Assembly: GCA_963666345.1 (NCBI GenBank)
Contig: OY762721.1
Location: 160,001-224,000 of the forward strand
Reading direction: 5' to 3'
From: Desulfatiglandales bacterium
GTDB lineage: Bacteria > Desulfobacterota > DSM-4660 > Desulfatiglandales > Desulfatiglandaceae
DNA: 64,000 nt
Part shown: in pieces, positions 44,075 through 53,928 of the stretch
How positions within the stretch are numbered: the first letter of the stretch is position 1
Layout: each line of letters begins with the position of its first letter
Made by a program: the position numbers and the translations under genes
The notes under the pieces: generated by a model
Database searches by the model: none
The model's input: the letters and a program-made list of their open reading frames with translations, nothing else
Told to the model about the DNA's origin: nothing

Positions 44075-46780
44075 ATGGTAAAAAACGGAAGAATAAAAGG
44101 CAGTGCAAAAAAAGAGGCCTCCAAGGACATCTATGAAGAGGTTATCACCACCCATATAAACGCCGATTTCGATGCCCTTGCCTCCATGATCGCTGCTCGC
44201 AAACTCTACCCTGAAGCAGCCCTTGTATTTCCCGGTTCGCAGGAAAAGAACCTCCGTAATTTTTTTCTTCAATCCACCTCTTATATTTTTGATTTCAAGA
44301 AAATCAAACAGTTGAATCTTGAAAGCATAAAAAAGCTTATCCTTGTGGATACGCGGCAGAGAAGCAGAATAGGCAGATTTTCAGAGGTCATTGATAGGAA
44401 GGATGTTGAGATCCACATCTTTGATCATCACCCTGAATCGGACGATGATATACGCGGGAGTTTCGAGTTAATAAAAAAGGCGGGTTCAAATACGGCTATT
44501 CTAACATCCTTATTAAGAGAAAGGCACATACCTGTTTCCCTTGACGAGGCGACGATCATGTGTCTCGGGATACATGAAGACACAGGATCTTTCACCTTTT
44601 CCTCCACCACTGCTGAAGATTACAAGGCCGCGGCGTGGCTTACCCAACAAGGTGCGGATCACAACCTCATAGCCGATATGCTTACCAGGGAACTTACGGC
44701 GGAACAGGTATGGGTACTCAACGACCTTACCCAAGCCGCCACCACCAGGGTGATAAACGGGGTTGAAGTGGTTATTACAAAGGTGATAAGGGACGATTAT
44801 GTAGGCGATTTCGCCGTGCTTGTCCACAAGCTGATGGAAATGGAGAGTCTTAACGTCCTTTTCGCGCTGGGCCAGATGGAGGACCGTATTCATGTGGTTG
44901 CCAGGAGTCGCATTGAGGAAGTAAACGTGGCGGAAATCGCCCTTGCCCTTGGGGGTGGAGGGCACCCTCAGGCGGCATCGGCAACGGTAAAAAACAAGAC
45001 ATTGATGCAACTTGAAAGGTCCCTTCTCGCACTGCTCAGAAACCGCATAAGACCTATCAAAAAAGCAGGTGACATGATGGTTTCACCTGTGATTAACGTC
45101 TCCCCCGAGGATACCCTGAAAAAGGCCACCAATCTTTTGACCAGGTACAATATAAATGTCCTGATGGTAATCAACGGGCAAGGAGCCCTGAAGGGTTATA
45201 TTTCCCGGCAGGTGGTTGAAAAGGCGGTCTATTTCGGCCTTGAACTGCTCAAGGTAAAGGAATACATGAATATCGAGTTTTCCATCGTAAGGCCTGAGGC
45301 AAGTCTAAGGGAGGTGCAGGAGCTTATTATAAGAAACAAGATGAGGATACTTCCTGTCGTGGAAAAGGGGGTCGTCGTCGGCGTTATTACCAGAACGGAT
45401 CTTCTTAATATCCTCCTTGGTGATCCGGTTATCCCGGAATTTCTTTATGATTTCAAGACGGATTCCCAATTAGCGCGCAAGAAAAACATGGCAACGCTCC
45501 TGAAGGAACGCCTGCCCAGAAAATTGATACGGCTCATAAAGGCGTTCGGGCACATCGGCGATACGCTGGGAACCAAAGTATACCTTGTCGGCGGGATTGT
45601 CAGGGATGTAATGCTCAAGAAGGAGAATCTCGACGTGGATATAGTTGTCGAGAAAGACGGGATCCTTTTTGCTCATGAATTTGCCAGACAACATGATGTG
45701 AGGGTTAGAAGTCACCGTAAATTCGGAACAGCCGTTCTGATATTCCCGGATGGATTCAAGGTTGATGTGGCTACTGCCAGGATGGAATATTATGAATCTC
45801 CGGGGGCACCCCCTGTTGTTGAGTCCAGTTCCCTCAAAATGGACCTCTACCGCAGGGATTTCACAATAAACACCCTTGCAATAAGGCTTAACAAAAGGGA
45901 ATACGGTACCCTGATAGATTATTTCGGTGCGCAGAAAGACATAAAAGAAAGGGTGCTTAGAGTACTTCACAACCTCAGCTTCGTGGAAGACCCAAGCCGG
46001 GTGTTCAGGGCCGTAAGGTTTGAAAACAGGTTCGGATTCAAGATCGGCAAACTCACCTTGGCCTTGATAAAGAATGCCGTTCGAATAAATACATTCAAGG
46101 ACGTTTCAGGAAGACGCCTTCTGTTGGAATTAAGGCTTATCCTTAATGAAGAAAATCAGTTGAGCGCAATAGACAGGATGCATCAACTCGATCTGCTTCA
46201 GGTCATATCACCAAGAATACGGTTTACCGAAACCTTAAGGTTATTGCTGGAGGAGATAGAAAAGGTTATTGGATGGTATAAGTTGCTTTTTCTTGAAGAG
46301 CCGGTTGAATCGTGGCAGGTTTATTGGCATGGCATTACATCACAGGTTGAACCCGGGCACCTGAAAGAAATCTTTGAAAAAATGGATTTCATTGATAAAG
46401 ACGGGGTCAGGATTCTCAATCAGAGAAAGGCCGTTACCAAGCTTTGGGATGAACTGTTCAGGTACAAAGGAGACAACTATCTTTTGTATACATTACTTAG
46501 CCCCTATGATACAGAATTATTGTTATATCTGATGGCAAAGGCCCAGAGTGAAAAGGTCAGAAGGCTTATTTCAAAATATTTCACCCAGCTAAAAGGCACA
46601 AAAGTAAGCATGAACGGAAAAGACCTTCTATCAATGGGCATAAAACCGGGACCTATATTCAAGCAGGTCTTTGAAAGACTCTTACAGGCCCGTATGAACG
46701 GTCTGCTTAAATCGAAGGACGATGAAATCGACTTTGTTCATAAAAATTTCAAGGAAAAAATAGCAGCCCAGCATCAATAA
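44075..46780 (+). CDS. DHH-DHHA1-CBS-CBS-class II tRNA nucleotidyltransferase (A-adding type)
   Basis: H.NADFDA, DHH, DTG, GGGH, two CBS domains, VGGIVRD...DVD, DLYRRDFTIN and EDPSR. Confidence 0.88.
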   Translation: MVKNGRIKGSAKKEASKDIYEEVITTHINADFDALASMIAARKLYPEAALVFPGSQEKNLRNFFLQSTSYIFDFKKIKQLNLESIKKLILVDTRQRSRIGRFSEVIDRKDVEIHIFDHHPESDDDIRGSFELIKKAGSNTAILTSLLRERHIPVSLDEATIMCLGIHEDTGSFTFSSTTAEDYKAAAWLTQQGADHNLIADMLTRELTAEQVWVLNDLTQAATTRVINGVEVVITKVIRDDYVGDFAVLVHKLMEMESLNVLFALGQMEDRIHVVARSRIEEVNVAEIALALGGGGHPQAASATVKNKTLMQLERSLLALLRNRIRPIKKAGDMMVSPVINVSPEDTLKKATNLLTRYNINVLMVINGQGALKGYISRQVVEKAVYFGLELLKVKEYMNIEFSIVRPEASLREVQELIIRNKMRILPVVEKGVVVGVITRTDLLNILLGDPVIPEFLYDFKTDSQLARKKNMATLLKERLPRKLIRLIKAFGHIGDTLGTKVYLVGGIVRDVMLKKENLDVDIVVEKDGILFAHEFARQHDVRVRSHRKFGTAVLIFPDGFKVDVATARMEYYESPGAPPVVESSSLKMDLYRRDFTINTLAIRLNKREYGTLIDYFGAQKDIKERVLRVLHNLSFVEDPSRVFRAVRFENRFGFKIGKLTLALIKNAVRINTFKDVSGRRLLLELRLILNEENQLSAIDRMHQLDLLQVISPRIRFTETLRLLLEEIEKVIGWYKLLFLEEPVESWQVYWHGITSQVEPGHLKEIFEKMDFIDKDGVRILNQRKAVTKLWDELFRYKGDNYLLYTLLSPYDTELLLYLMAKAQSEKVRRLISKYFTQLKGTKVSMNGKDLLSMGIKPGPIFKQVFERLLQARMNGLLKSKDDEIDFVHKNFKEKIAAQHQ

Positions 46781-46842
46781 ACTGCTGAGGCAAACGCAAG
46801 GCTGTTACAAAAGACCTTTGGTTGCCGGACCAGGCTTATTAA

Positions 46843-47547
46843 ATGGAATATGAAGTCAAACTTGAGATATTCGAGGGTCCCCTTGATCTTCTGATACACC
46901 TGATTCATAAAAATGAGGTCGATATATTTGATATACCTATCTCAATAATCACTGATCAATATCTCGAATACATTGATATGATGAAGGCGCTCAATGTGGA
47001 CATTGCGGGCGATTTTCTGGTTATGGCCTCAACTCTCATTCATGTCAAGTCCAAGATGCTGCTTCCGGGATTGAACAACGAGGAGGAAGATGATCCCAGG
47101 GTGGAAATAACACGTCCCCTTCTCGAATATATGAAGTTCAGGGAAATTGCCGGGGAGTTTTCAGACAGAGACCTTCTTGAAAGAGACGTCTTCAGGCGTG
47201 AACTGGCTCCCTATTTTGAAAAAGACCCCTCAGAGGACGAATCAAGGCTGGAGGTCAATCTGTTCCAGTTGATGGATGCATTCAAGCGCATAATTGAAAA
47301 AAGTCTGCCGGAACCTCAGTTGAAAATGCAGGGTGACAAATGGAGTTTAAAAGAAAAAATAGAGGCGATTACAGCCCTTGTAAAAGAAAAAGGGCCAGTC
47401 TTTTTCAGCGACATTTTCACATCTGACAGAGGCATGTCGGAAATGGTGGTTAGTTTTTTGGCCGTTCTTGAATTGATACATGTTGGTAAGATTAGAGTCA
47501 TTCAACCCAATTTGGAAAGCGACATACGCCTGATTCCATGTTTCTGA
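46843..47547 (+). CDS. scpA: Segregation and condensation protein A
   Basis: FEGPLDLL, DIFDIPI..IT.QYL, KSKMLLP and FLAVLEL. Confidence 0.94.
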   Translation: MEYEVKLEIFEGPLDLLIHLIHKNEVDIFDIPISIITDQYLEYIDMMKALNVDIAGDFLVMASTLIHVKSKMLLPGLNNEEEDDPRVEITRPLLEYMKFREIAGEFSDRDLLERDVFRRELAPYFEKDPSEDESRLEVNLFQLMDAFKRIIEKSLPEPQLKMQGDKWSLKEKIEAITALVKEKGPVFFSDIFTSDRGMSEMVVSFLAVLELIHVGKIRVIQPNLESDIRLIPCF

Positions 47548-47677
47548 ATAAGGATTATATCCAGCTGAGCGGTCGTGCCCCCTTGCCGAAAAACCTGTTG
47601 GTATTTTCGGCTCCCATTTTTCCAACCGGATTGGAAAGAAACCATAAACGATTTTCATTCGTAAGGTAAAATCTATC

Positions 47678-48298
47678 ATGTCGGATGAACTTAAGCTCAT
47701 AATTGAATCCCTTCTGTTTACCTCAGGCAGGCCCCTGAGCGTGAAAGACATAGCTTCTCTTCTGCCTGATGAAAAAAAAGGCATTGTAAAAGAGGCCATA
47801 GAGTCCCTTAAAGATGACTATGATTCTTTTGACAGGAGTTTTGTGCTCAAGGAGGTTGCAGAGGGCTACCAGTTCAGGACTAAATCCAGCTACTCGCCTT
47901 ACATACTCAATATGCTGAAAAAATCACCTGCCAGGCTTTCCCGAGCCGCCCTCGAAACGCTTGCCATTATAGCCTATAAGCAGCCTATAATACGCCAGGA
48001 GATCGAAAGGATACGTGGGGTGGACGCTGGCGGCATATTGAGAACCCTGATGGAAAAGGGAATAATAAGGATAATGGGCCGAAAAAAACTTCCGGGTCGG
48101 CCCCTTATCTATGGGACGACTAATAAATTTCTGGAAATTTTTGATCTTAAGGACCTTCAATCCCTTCCGAGGCTGAAAGAGATAAAGGAATTTTCACCTG
48201 ATGAAGAAAACGGTTCCGAAACCGGGACAGGGAGCCAACATGAAGGACATGAACAGGAAAACCGGGAACCGGATCAACCGAATAACGGTTCGGATTGA
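47678..48298 (+). CDS. scpB: SMC-Scp complex subunit ScpB
   Basis: IESLLF, LSRAALETLAIIAYKQP, IRGV and GRPLIYGTT..FL..F.L. Confidence 0.95.
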   Translation: MSDELKLIIESLLFTSGRPLSVKDIASLLPDEKKGIVKEAIESLKDDYDSFDRSFVLKEVAEGYQFRTKSSYSPYILNMLKKSPARLSRAALETLAIIAYKQPIIRQEIERIRGVDAGGILRTLMEKGIIRIMGRKKLPGRPLIYGTTNKFLEIFDLKDLQSLPRLKEIKEFSPDEENGSETGTGSQHEGHEQENREPDQPNNGSD

Positions 48299-48311
48299 AA
48301 CAAGGTAAATC

Positions 48312-49031
48312 ATGAGATTAAATCAGATAATAGCCTCGGCCGGTTTGACCTCGCGCCGCAAGGCGGACGAGTGGATCACGGCAGGAAGGGTTTCGGTAAA
48401 CGGCAGTCCGGTTCGAAAGCTGGGAACCAAGGCCGTGTGGGGCACCGACAGCATAATGGTGGACGGAAAAGAGATCCCCGGGCCTTCTGAAAGAATCTAC
48501 GTTATGATGAACAAGCCGTTCGGCTATATTTGCGCCCTTGAAGAACCTGAAGGCAGGCGGCTTGTCACAGACCTGCTTGAGGGGATCTCCACCAGGATCT
48601 ATCCTGTGGGACGCCTGGATTTTGATTCTCTCGGCCTCCTGCTCCTCACAAATGACGGGCAGCTCACCAATCGCCTTACCCATCCCCGATACGGTCTTCC
48701 AAGGACCTATAAGGCGACCATTGAAGGATCTATCTCCGATGAGGCATTAAAAAAACTGACCAGGGGCGTGAACCTGGACGACGGTCCGAGCGGTCCGAGC
48801 AAGGTGGCCGTCGTAAGCAGGAAAGGCAGGCAGAGCGTGGTAAGGATAACCATAACCCAGGGAAGAAACAGACAGGTGAGAAGAATGATTTCCGCGGTGG
48901 GGTACGACGTAGTTCATTTGATAAGAACCGGCTTTGGCACGCTAATGCTTGGTGACCTGAAATTGGGCAGATACAGACATATTGAGGATCAGGAGCTGAG
49001 AGATCTAAAAAGGCTCGTGGGTCTAAAATAG
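48312..49031 (+). CDS. rluB: RNA pseudouridine synthase (RluB/RsuA family)
   Basis: S4 domain SRRKAD, NKP.G, VGRLD and GRNRQVRRM. Confidence 0.9.
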   Translation: MRLNQIIASAGLTSRRKADEWITAGRVSVNGSPVRKLGTKAVWGTDSIMVDGKEIPGPSERIYVMMNKPFGYICALEEPEGRRLVTDLLEGISTRIYPVGRLDFDSLGLLLLTNDGQLTNRLTHPRYGLPRTYKATIEGSISDEALKKLTRGVNLDDGPSGPSKVAVVSRKGRQSVVRITITQGRNRQVRRMISAVGYDVVHLIRTGFGTLMLGDLKLGRYRHIEDQELRDLKRLVGLK

Positions 49032-49084
49032 TTTTTTTTGTTTACAAAGGATTCCTCATTATTGTATCAAGTCAGTAGTTCATC

Positions 49085-49159
49085 GGGCGGTTAACTCAGC
49101 GGGAGAGTGCCATCCTCACACGGTGGAAGCCCCGGGTTCAAACCCCGGACCGCCCACCA
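49085..49159 (+). tRNA. tRNA-Val (anticodon CAC)
   Basis: Acceptor GGGCGGT/ACCGCCC, anticodon stem CCATC/GGTGG with loop CT-CAC-AC, T arm CCGGG-TTCAAAC-CCCGG, encoded CCA. 75 nt. Confidence 0.95.
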
Positions 49160-49197
49160 CCTAAAAGGTATTGACAGACAAGCGTTCTGATTATTCG

Positions 49198-49237
49198 ACC
49201 TTCTGTAATTTCTATTATTACAGGAGGTTTTCTTTTT
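49198..49237 (+). terminator. Intrinsic terminator after tRNA-Val
   Basis: ACCTTCTGTAAT/ATTACAGGAGGT 12 bp stem followed by a T tract. Confidence 0.75.
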
Positions 49238-49504
49238 ATAGGCACACGAAATATTAGGCATCTTCCGACTCGGAATCCTCCACGCCTCGAGTCTGAAATC
49301 TTACTGAAGCCCGGCAGGAATTACAGAGAATTTAAAGGCCCCGGTCGACTGTGCGCGGATATGTCGTAAATATTAGTATTTTACCATATTGAAAAAGCAT
49401 TTAAAATTAAATTAACATGCTGGTTTTTAAATCGCTTTCATGTATACTTAAGGTATATGTTTTCCGTAAGGTTTGCACCCAACTGGGATTAGGCAGGTGG
49501 CGGA

Positions 49505-50155
49505 ATGTTTTCATTTCTATTCAAAAAAGAACATCACCTGGAATCTTTGATCTACGAATATCTTGATGCCCTGTCCGAGGCTCAGGAAAATTTCTCGCTG
49601 GCACTGCACGTGTGCGTTGAAAACCAGCATTGCGAGCAGTTTGATTTTCTCACGGAACAGACCCATAAGCTGGAATCCAAGGCGGATGACATCAGGGAAA
49701 ACATTAAATCCCTTATGTACAGAAAGGCCCTTATCCCCGACTCACGGGGTGATATTATGGGTCTGCTTGAGGCGATTGATGAGATCCCCCGTGTGTTCGA
49801 GGAAGTCCTTTACATACTCCAGCTTCAGAAACTTACCATTCCCGAATTCATACTTTTCGATTTCAACGAAATCATCCGCATAAGCCTGGAATGTTGCGAT
49901 CTGCTGGATAAGCAGGTCAGGATCTTTTTCAGGAGATCCGGAAGCATCCGGGAACTGATATCAAAGATTGATATAAATGAGAGTCATTGCGACCACATAG
50001 AGCGTCGAATCATCATGAATATCTTCAACTCCCAAACCGACCCCTTTCAAAAGCTGCAACTCAAAGAACTCATATTAAAGATAGGGGACATAGCGGATAA
50101 GGCGGAAAGCGTTTCCAGACGCGTAAACATAATCAACATGAAGAGGCGGGTCTGA
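49505..50155 (+). CDS. DUF47 / PhoU-like phosphate transport regulator
   Basis: Repeated E..AD and E..CD helices, R.DI..L...ID, I.DIADKAE. Directly upstream of the PiT gene. Confidence 0.88.
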   Translation: MFSFLFKKEHHLESLIYEYLDALSEAQENFSLALHVCVENQHCEQFDFLTEQTHKLESKADDIRENIKSLMYRKALIPDSRGDIMGLLEAIDEIPRVFEEVLYILQLQKLTIPEFILFDFNEIIRISLECCDLLDKQVRIFFRRSGSIRELISKIDINESHCDHIERRIIMNIFNSQTDPFQKLQLKELILKIGDIADKAESVSRRVNIINMKRRV

Positions 50156-51099
50156 TGTTATCTCTTTTGGGAGGTATCTTTCTGGGGTGGTCACTTGGAG
50201 CAAACGACGCATCCAATGTCTTCGGCACTGCCGTTTCCTCCAGGATGATCAAATTCTGGACCGCTGCCCTGCTCGCCTCTTTTTTTGTCATCGCCGGTGC
50301 CCTTGTATCTGGCAGGCCCGGAATCGAGACACTTAAAGGACTTACTACCTTCAAACTCGAACATGCGGTAATAATATCGATAGCCGCCGCCCTTACCGTT
50401 ACCGTCATGACGGTGATGGCCCTTCCCGTATCCGCATCTCAGGCGGTCATCGGCGGCATTCTCGGGATAGGCATCCTGAATAAACAGATTTATCTGTCAG
50501 GACTTGGAAAGGTGATCCTCTGCTGGGTCGGAACTCCCACAGGTGCCGCCCTGATTGCGTTTTGCACATACTACGCGCTGGGAAGACTGTATAATCACCT
50601 CAGGTTTACAATTTTTAACGCTGATATCCTGATCCGTACCTGCATGATAATAGCTGGGTCATACGGGGCATACGCCCTGGGAGCAAACAATGTGGCTAAT
50701 GTGACCGCTGTGTTCGTTGGTGCAGGCACATTGAGCGTCTTTAACGCGGCCCTTATAGGCGGGGCAAGCATAGCTCTCGGCATCCTGACCTTCAGCAGGC
50801 CGGTCATGGAAACCGTGGGTAGACGGCTAATCGAACTGGACCCCTTCTCCGCCCTTATCGTTGTCCTCTCACTTGCCATTACGGTACACATATACGCGCT
50901 CATAGGAGTGCCGGTCTCCACATCCCAGGCGGTAATAGGAGGAGTGCTCGGCATCGGCATAATCAAAGGAGTAAAAACCATAAGCAGGAAAACGCTGAGG
51001 CATATCCTCATTGCATGGTCCCTTACACCCATAATTGCCTGCTTTCTTTCCATGGTTATCTATTTTTCGGTACATTTGCGCTACATGCCTCATCATTAG
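50155..51099 (+). CDS. Inorganic phosphate transporter, PiT family
   Basis: GANDASN and GANNVAN repeats; PVSASQ and PVSTSQ. TGATG overlap. Confidence 0.92.
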   Translation: MLSLLGGIFLGWSLGANDASNVFGTAVSSRMIKFWTAALLASFFVIAGALVSGRPGIETLKGLTTFKLEHAVIISIAAALTVTVMTVMALPVSASQAVIGGILGIGILNKQIYLSGLGKVILCWVGTPTGAALIAFCTYYALGRLYNHLRFTIFNADILIRTCMIIAGSYGAYALGANNVANVTAVFVGAGTLSVFNAALIGGASIALGILTFSRPVMETVGRRLIELDPFSALIVVLSLAITVHIYALIGVPVSTSQAVIGGVLGIGIIKGVKTISRKTLRHILIAWSLTPIIACFLSMVIYFSVHLRYMPHH

Positions 51100-51327
51100 C
51101 GTCTTTTGAACCTTTTTTACTTCCATTTCAGCCTTTATCCGTTCCTGGGTCTTAAGGGCCCTTTTCTTTGAAAGGGCATTGGGTTACCATAAAATCGGTT
51201 GATCAGCTGTAAAGCCTTTTAGCTCTTGCCAAGATTCCGGATTATGATGTAAAGATAAAAAAGTGGGATTAAACTATATGTCTTTTTATGGTCTGCCCTA
51301 ACGCCGGAAACAAGGAGCGGCACGTAG

Positions 51328-51825
51328 ATGATCCAGAAAAAAATCTGCATGTTAGGAACATTCGCAGTCGGAAAGACAAGCATTGTAAGACGCTTTACGG
51401 AAGACATGTTTTCTGAAAAATATCTCACTACAGTTGGGGTCAAAATAGATAAAAAAGAGGTTGAACTCGACGGCGACAAGGTAATGCTGCTGCTATGGGA
51501 TCTTGAGGGTGAGGATGACTTTACCGAAATAAAACTCTCCTATCTGAGGGGGGCGTCAGGATACCTTCTCGTGGCAGACGGAACCCGCGCAGAGACTTTT
51601 GACATAGTAATTGATATCCAGAAAAAGGTGGAGGCATCACTGGGAACGCTGCCTTTTCTTTTACTCATTAACAAGTGTGACCTTACGGATCTCTGGGAGA
51701 TCGAGGAAATGGACGGCCTGCAGAGACTTTCTGAAAATGGATGGGATCTCCTTACAACAAGCGCCAAGACCGGTTTAAATGTTGACACGGCATTTGCAAA
51801 GCTGGTTGCCAGGATGATTCGATGA
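51328..51825 (+). CDS. Small Ras-superfamily (Rab-like) GTPase
   Basis: G1 GTFAVGKTS, G2 T, G3 WDLEG, G4 NKCD, G5 SAK. 165 aa. Confidence 0.92.
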   Translation: MIQKKICMLGTFAVGKTSIVRRFTEDMFSEKYLTTVGVKIDKKEVELDGDKVMLLLWDLEGEDDFTEIKLSYLRGASGYLLVADGTRAETFDIVIDIQKKVEASLGTLPFLLLINKCDLTDLWEIEEMDGLQRLSENGWDLLTTSAKTGLNVDTAFAKLVARMIR

Positions 51826-51838
51826 TAACAGGAGTAGG

Positions 51839-52924
51839 ATGAAAGGACCGGACGAAAAGATAACCGAACCTTTACTTGTCGAGCTCATGGCCGCTTTGGA
51901 CATGCTGGTATTGGAACGAATTAAGGCTTATGAGTACAGGGTACAGGGAGAGATTCCAAAATTTTTCAGACGCCTTTATCTTGATGGAGTTCCTGAAGGG
52001 GGGCCTTTCAGATTCTGGGAAATCGCGCCTTTTATAGATCATTTTCTTGAACAGGCTGAACCCTTCTGGATGCTGGGAAGCAGGGGTCGTCTCAATTCCG
52101 GCACCTGGATCGAAAACGACATAAAAGGCAACCGGTATCAGTTGAACGCATCGGCGCTCTGTATTGGGGACAGCAGGATTCTTCTAATCCAGAACCTTAG
52201 TCAGGAAAACGAAATACAATCAAAACTCAAGCAGAGCGCACGTGAGGCAATGCTGGCAAAACGGACCCTGGAGGCGCAGGTCAAGGCAAGGACAAAAGAT
52301 ATAAGAAACCGCGAAGAAGAACTTGCAGTACGCCTTTTGTCCGCGATAGAATACCGGCACGGGGACACAGGCGCTCACATACGCAGGATAGGCCTCTATG
52401 CGGAGCTGCTGGCCGCTAAACTTGGATGGACGCCTGAACAATGCTACGACATCCGTATCGCAGCCCCCCTGCACGATGTAGGCATGATAGCGATTCCTGA
52501 TTCCATTCTACTGAAACCGCGACGTCTGAATCCAGAGGAATTCGATATCCTTATGAAGCACCCTGAAATAGGTTACGAAATGCTGAAGGACTCCGAGATA
52601 CCGCTTTTGCGAATGGCAGCCGATATCGCAAGGTATCACCATGAAAAATGGGACGGCACCGGCTATCCGGAGGGCCTCTCCGGAGACGCCATTCCTCAAA
52701 GCGCGAGGCTCACAACCATATGCGATATATTTGATGCCCTTATTAATTCTCAGGTCTACAGGGGATCTTTGACGTTTGAAAGCGCAACAGAGATCATAAA
52801 AAGTGAGAGCCACCGATTCGATCCTGATATCTACAGCTGTTTTGTGGATATTTTACCGGAGATCCGGGCCATATGGTGGCAAAACCTGCAAGAGGGAAGC
52901 AAGGGGGAAAATACCGTTAAATAG
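51839..52924 (+). CDS. HD-GYP phosphodiesterase with N-terminal sensor-like domain
   Basis: H..R, LHDVG, HPEIG, HHEKWDGTGYP and DIFDAL. About 120 aa unknown N-terminal domain plus coiled-coil linker. Confidence 0.88.
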   Translation: MKGPDEKITEPLLVELMAALDMLVLERIKAYEYRVQGEIPKFFRRLYLDGVPEGGPFRFWEIAPFIDHFLEQAEPFWMLGSRGRLNSGTWIENDIKGNRYQLNASALCIGDSRILLIQNLSQENEIQSKLKQSAREAMLAKRTLEAQVKARTKDIRNREEELAVRLLSAIEYRHGDTGAHIRRIGLYAELLAAKLGWTPEQCYDIRIAAPLHDVGMIAIPDSILLKPRRLNPEEFDILMKHPEIGYEMLKDSEIPLLRMAADIARYHHEKWDGTGYPEGLSGDAIPQSARLTTICDIFDALINSQVYRGSLTFESATEIIKSESHRFDPDIYSCFVDILPEIRAIWWQNLQEGSKGENTVK

Positions 52925-52950
52925 ATTGCCATGCTTGACCACTCGATACC

Positions 52951-53844
52951 CTACCAGATCACACCGCCGCTTTCAAAACGCCTTTCATAATTTCTGCGGG
53001 ATGAGTCCAGAACCTCTCGGAGACGGACAAGGTTTGCCTCCACAGATGCCTCATATGGATCGACCTCTTTTCCATGACGAGACTTGAAATGTGCCTTCAT
53101 ATACCCTGTTATATCCCCCAGTGTTTCCAGCCGCAATTTAACTACATAATCGTAAAAGCTCTGCGTCTTTTCAATCAACATAAGCTCCGAATCAAAGCCA
53201 GGAACAGATGCCTCTTCAAATTCATAAAAAAGGAGGGTAAGCTTGCTCAGATATTCAGGGTCAGCCATCTGACCCAACAGATCGCATGCTGCCAGACACT
53301 TACCTATCAGCTCTATCTCCCTGTTTCTGAATGAGATCTCAGATATCTCCCTTCCCAGTATTGTGCTGAAGATCATACTTCGGCAGTCAGAGATATCTTC
53401 ACTGCTGCGTCCTCTTTTTCCGAGATACCCTGAGAGCAGATCAGCGCTTCTTTCTTCATGACCTACCGTGTGTTTGGCGCCGGTTCCGATCATATCCCCG
53501 GCTTCCTGTATAAGCCCGGTATCATGAAAAAGGGATGAGATAAGGCCCATTTCCATATCCCTTCTTGTTACGGTTTCTCCTGAAAGTCTTGCCCCGTTCA
53601 TAACCCTTGCCATGGCAAGAAAAACAGAAAGGGTGTGCTCAGAGTTATGATACGAGGTGTTACTCTCACGGTAGCCCTCGTATTCGCCTGCAAAAAGCCT
53701 CAAAACGTCGTCAAAAACCTCTTTTACAAGGTTCATTTTCATGTCGGGATAGGCCATTTCGCACACGGACATGACCTCTGAATATATCTCACTTTCAGTA
53801 TACGGTCCGATAAGTTCTCTCAGTTCATCGTTTTCAAGATTCAT
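52951..53844 (-). CDS. HD-domain metal-dependent phosphohydrolase
   Basis: YHNSEHT, FHDTG, HEERS and DLLGQMAD..Y..KL..LFYEF. Start ATG 53844 after GGAG (track start 53874). Confidence 0.82.
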   Translation of the reverse strand: MNLENDELRELIGPYTESEIYSEVMSVCEMAYPDMKMNLVKEVFDDVLRLFAGEYEGYRESNTSYHNSEHTLSVFLAMARVMNGARLSGETVTRRDMEMGLISSLFHDTGLIQEAGDMIGTGAKHTVGHEERSADLLSGYLGKRGRSSEDISDCRSMIFSTILGREISEISFRNREIELIGKCLAACDLLGQMADPEYLSKLTLLFYEFEEASVPGFDSELMLIEKTQSFYDYVVKLRLETLGDITGYMKAHFKSRHGKEVDPYEASVEANLVRLREVLDSSRRNYERRFESGGVIW

Positions 53845-53928
53845 CAATAAATCTCCACCGGCACAATGTTCCATGAAAAGCGTGTTGAATCATCTTCCGC
53901 ATGTCAGTAAAGAGCCGTCCGGCTTCAA

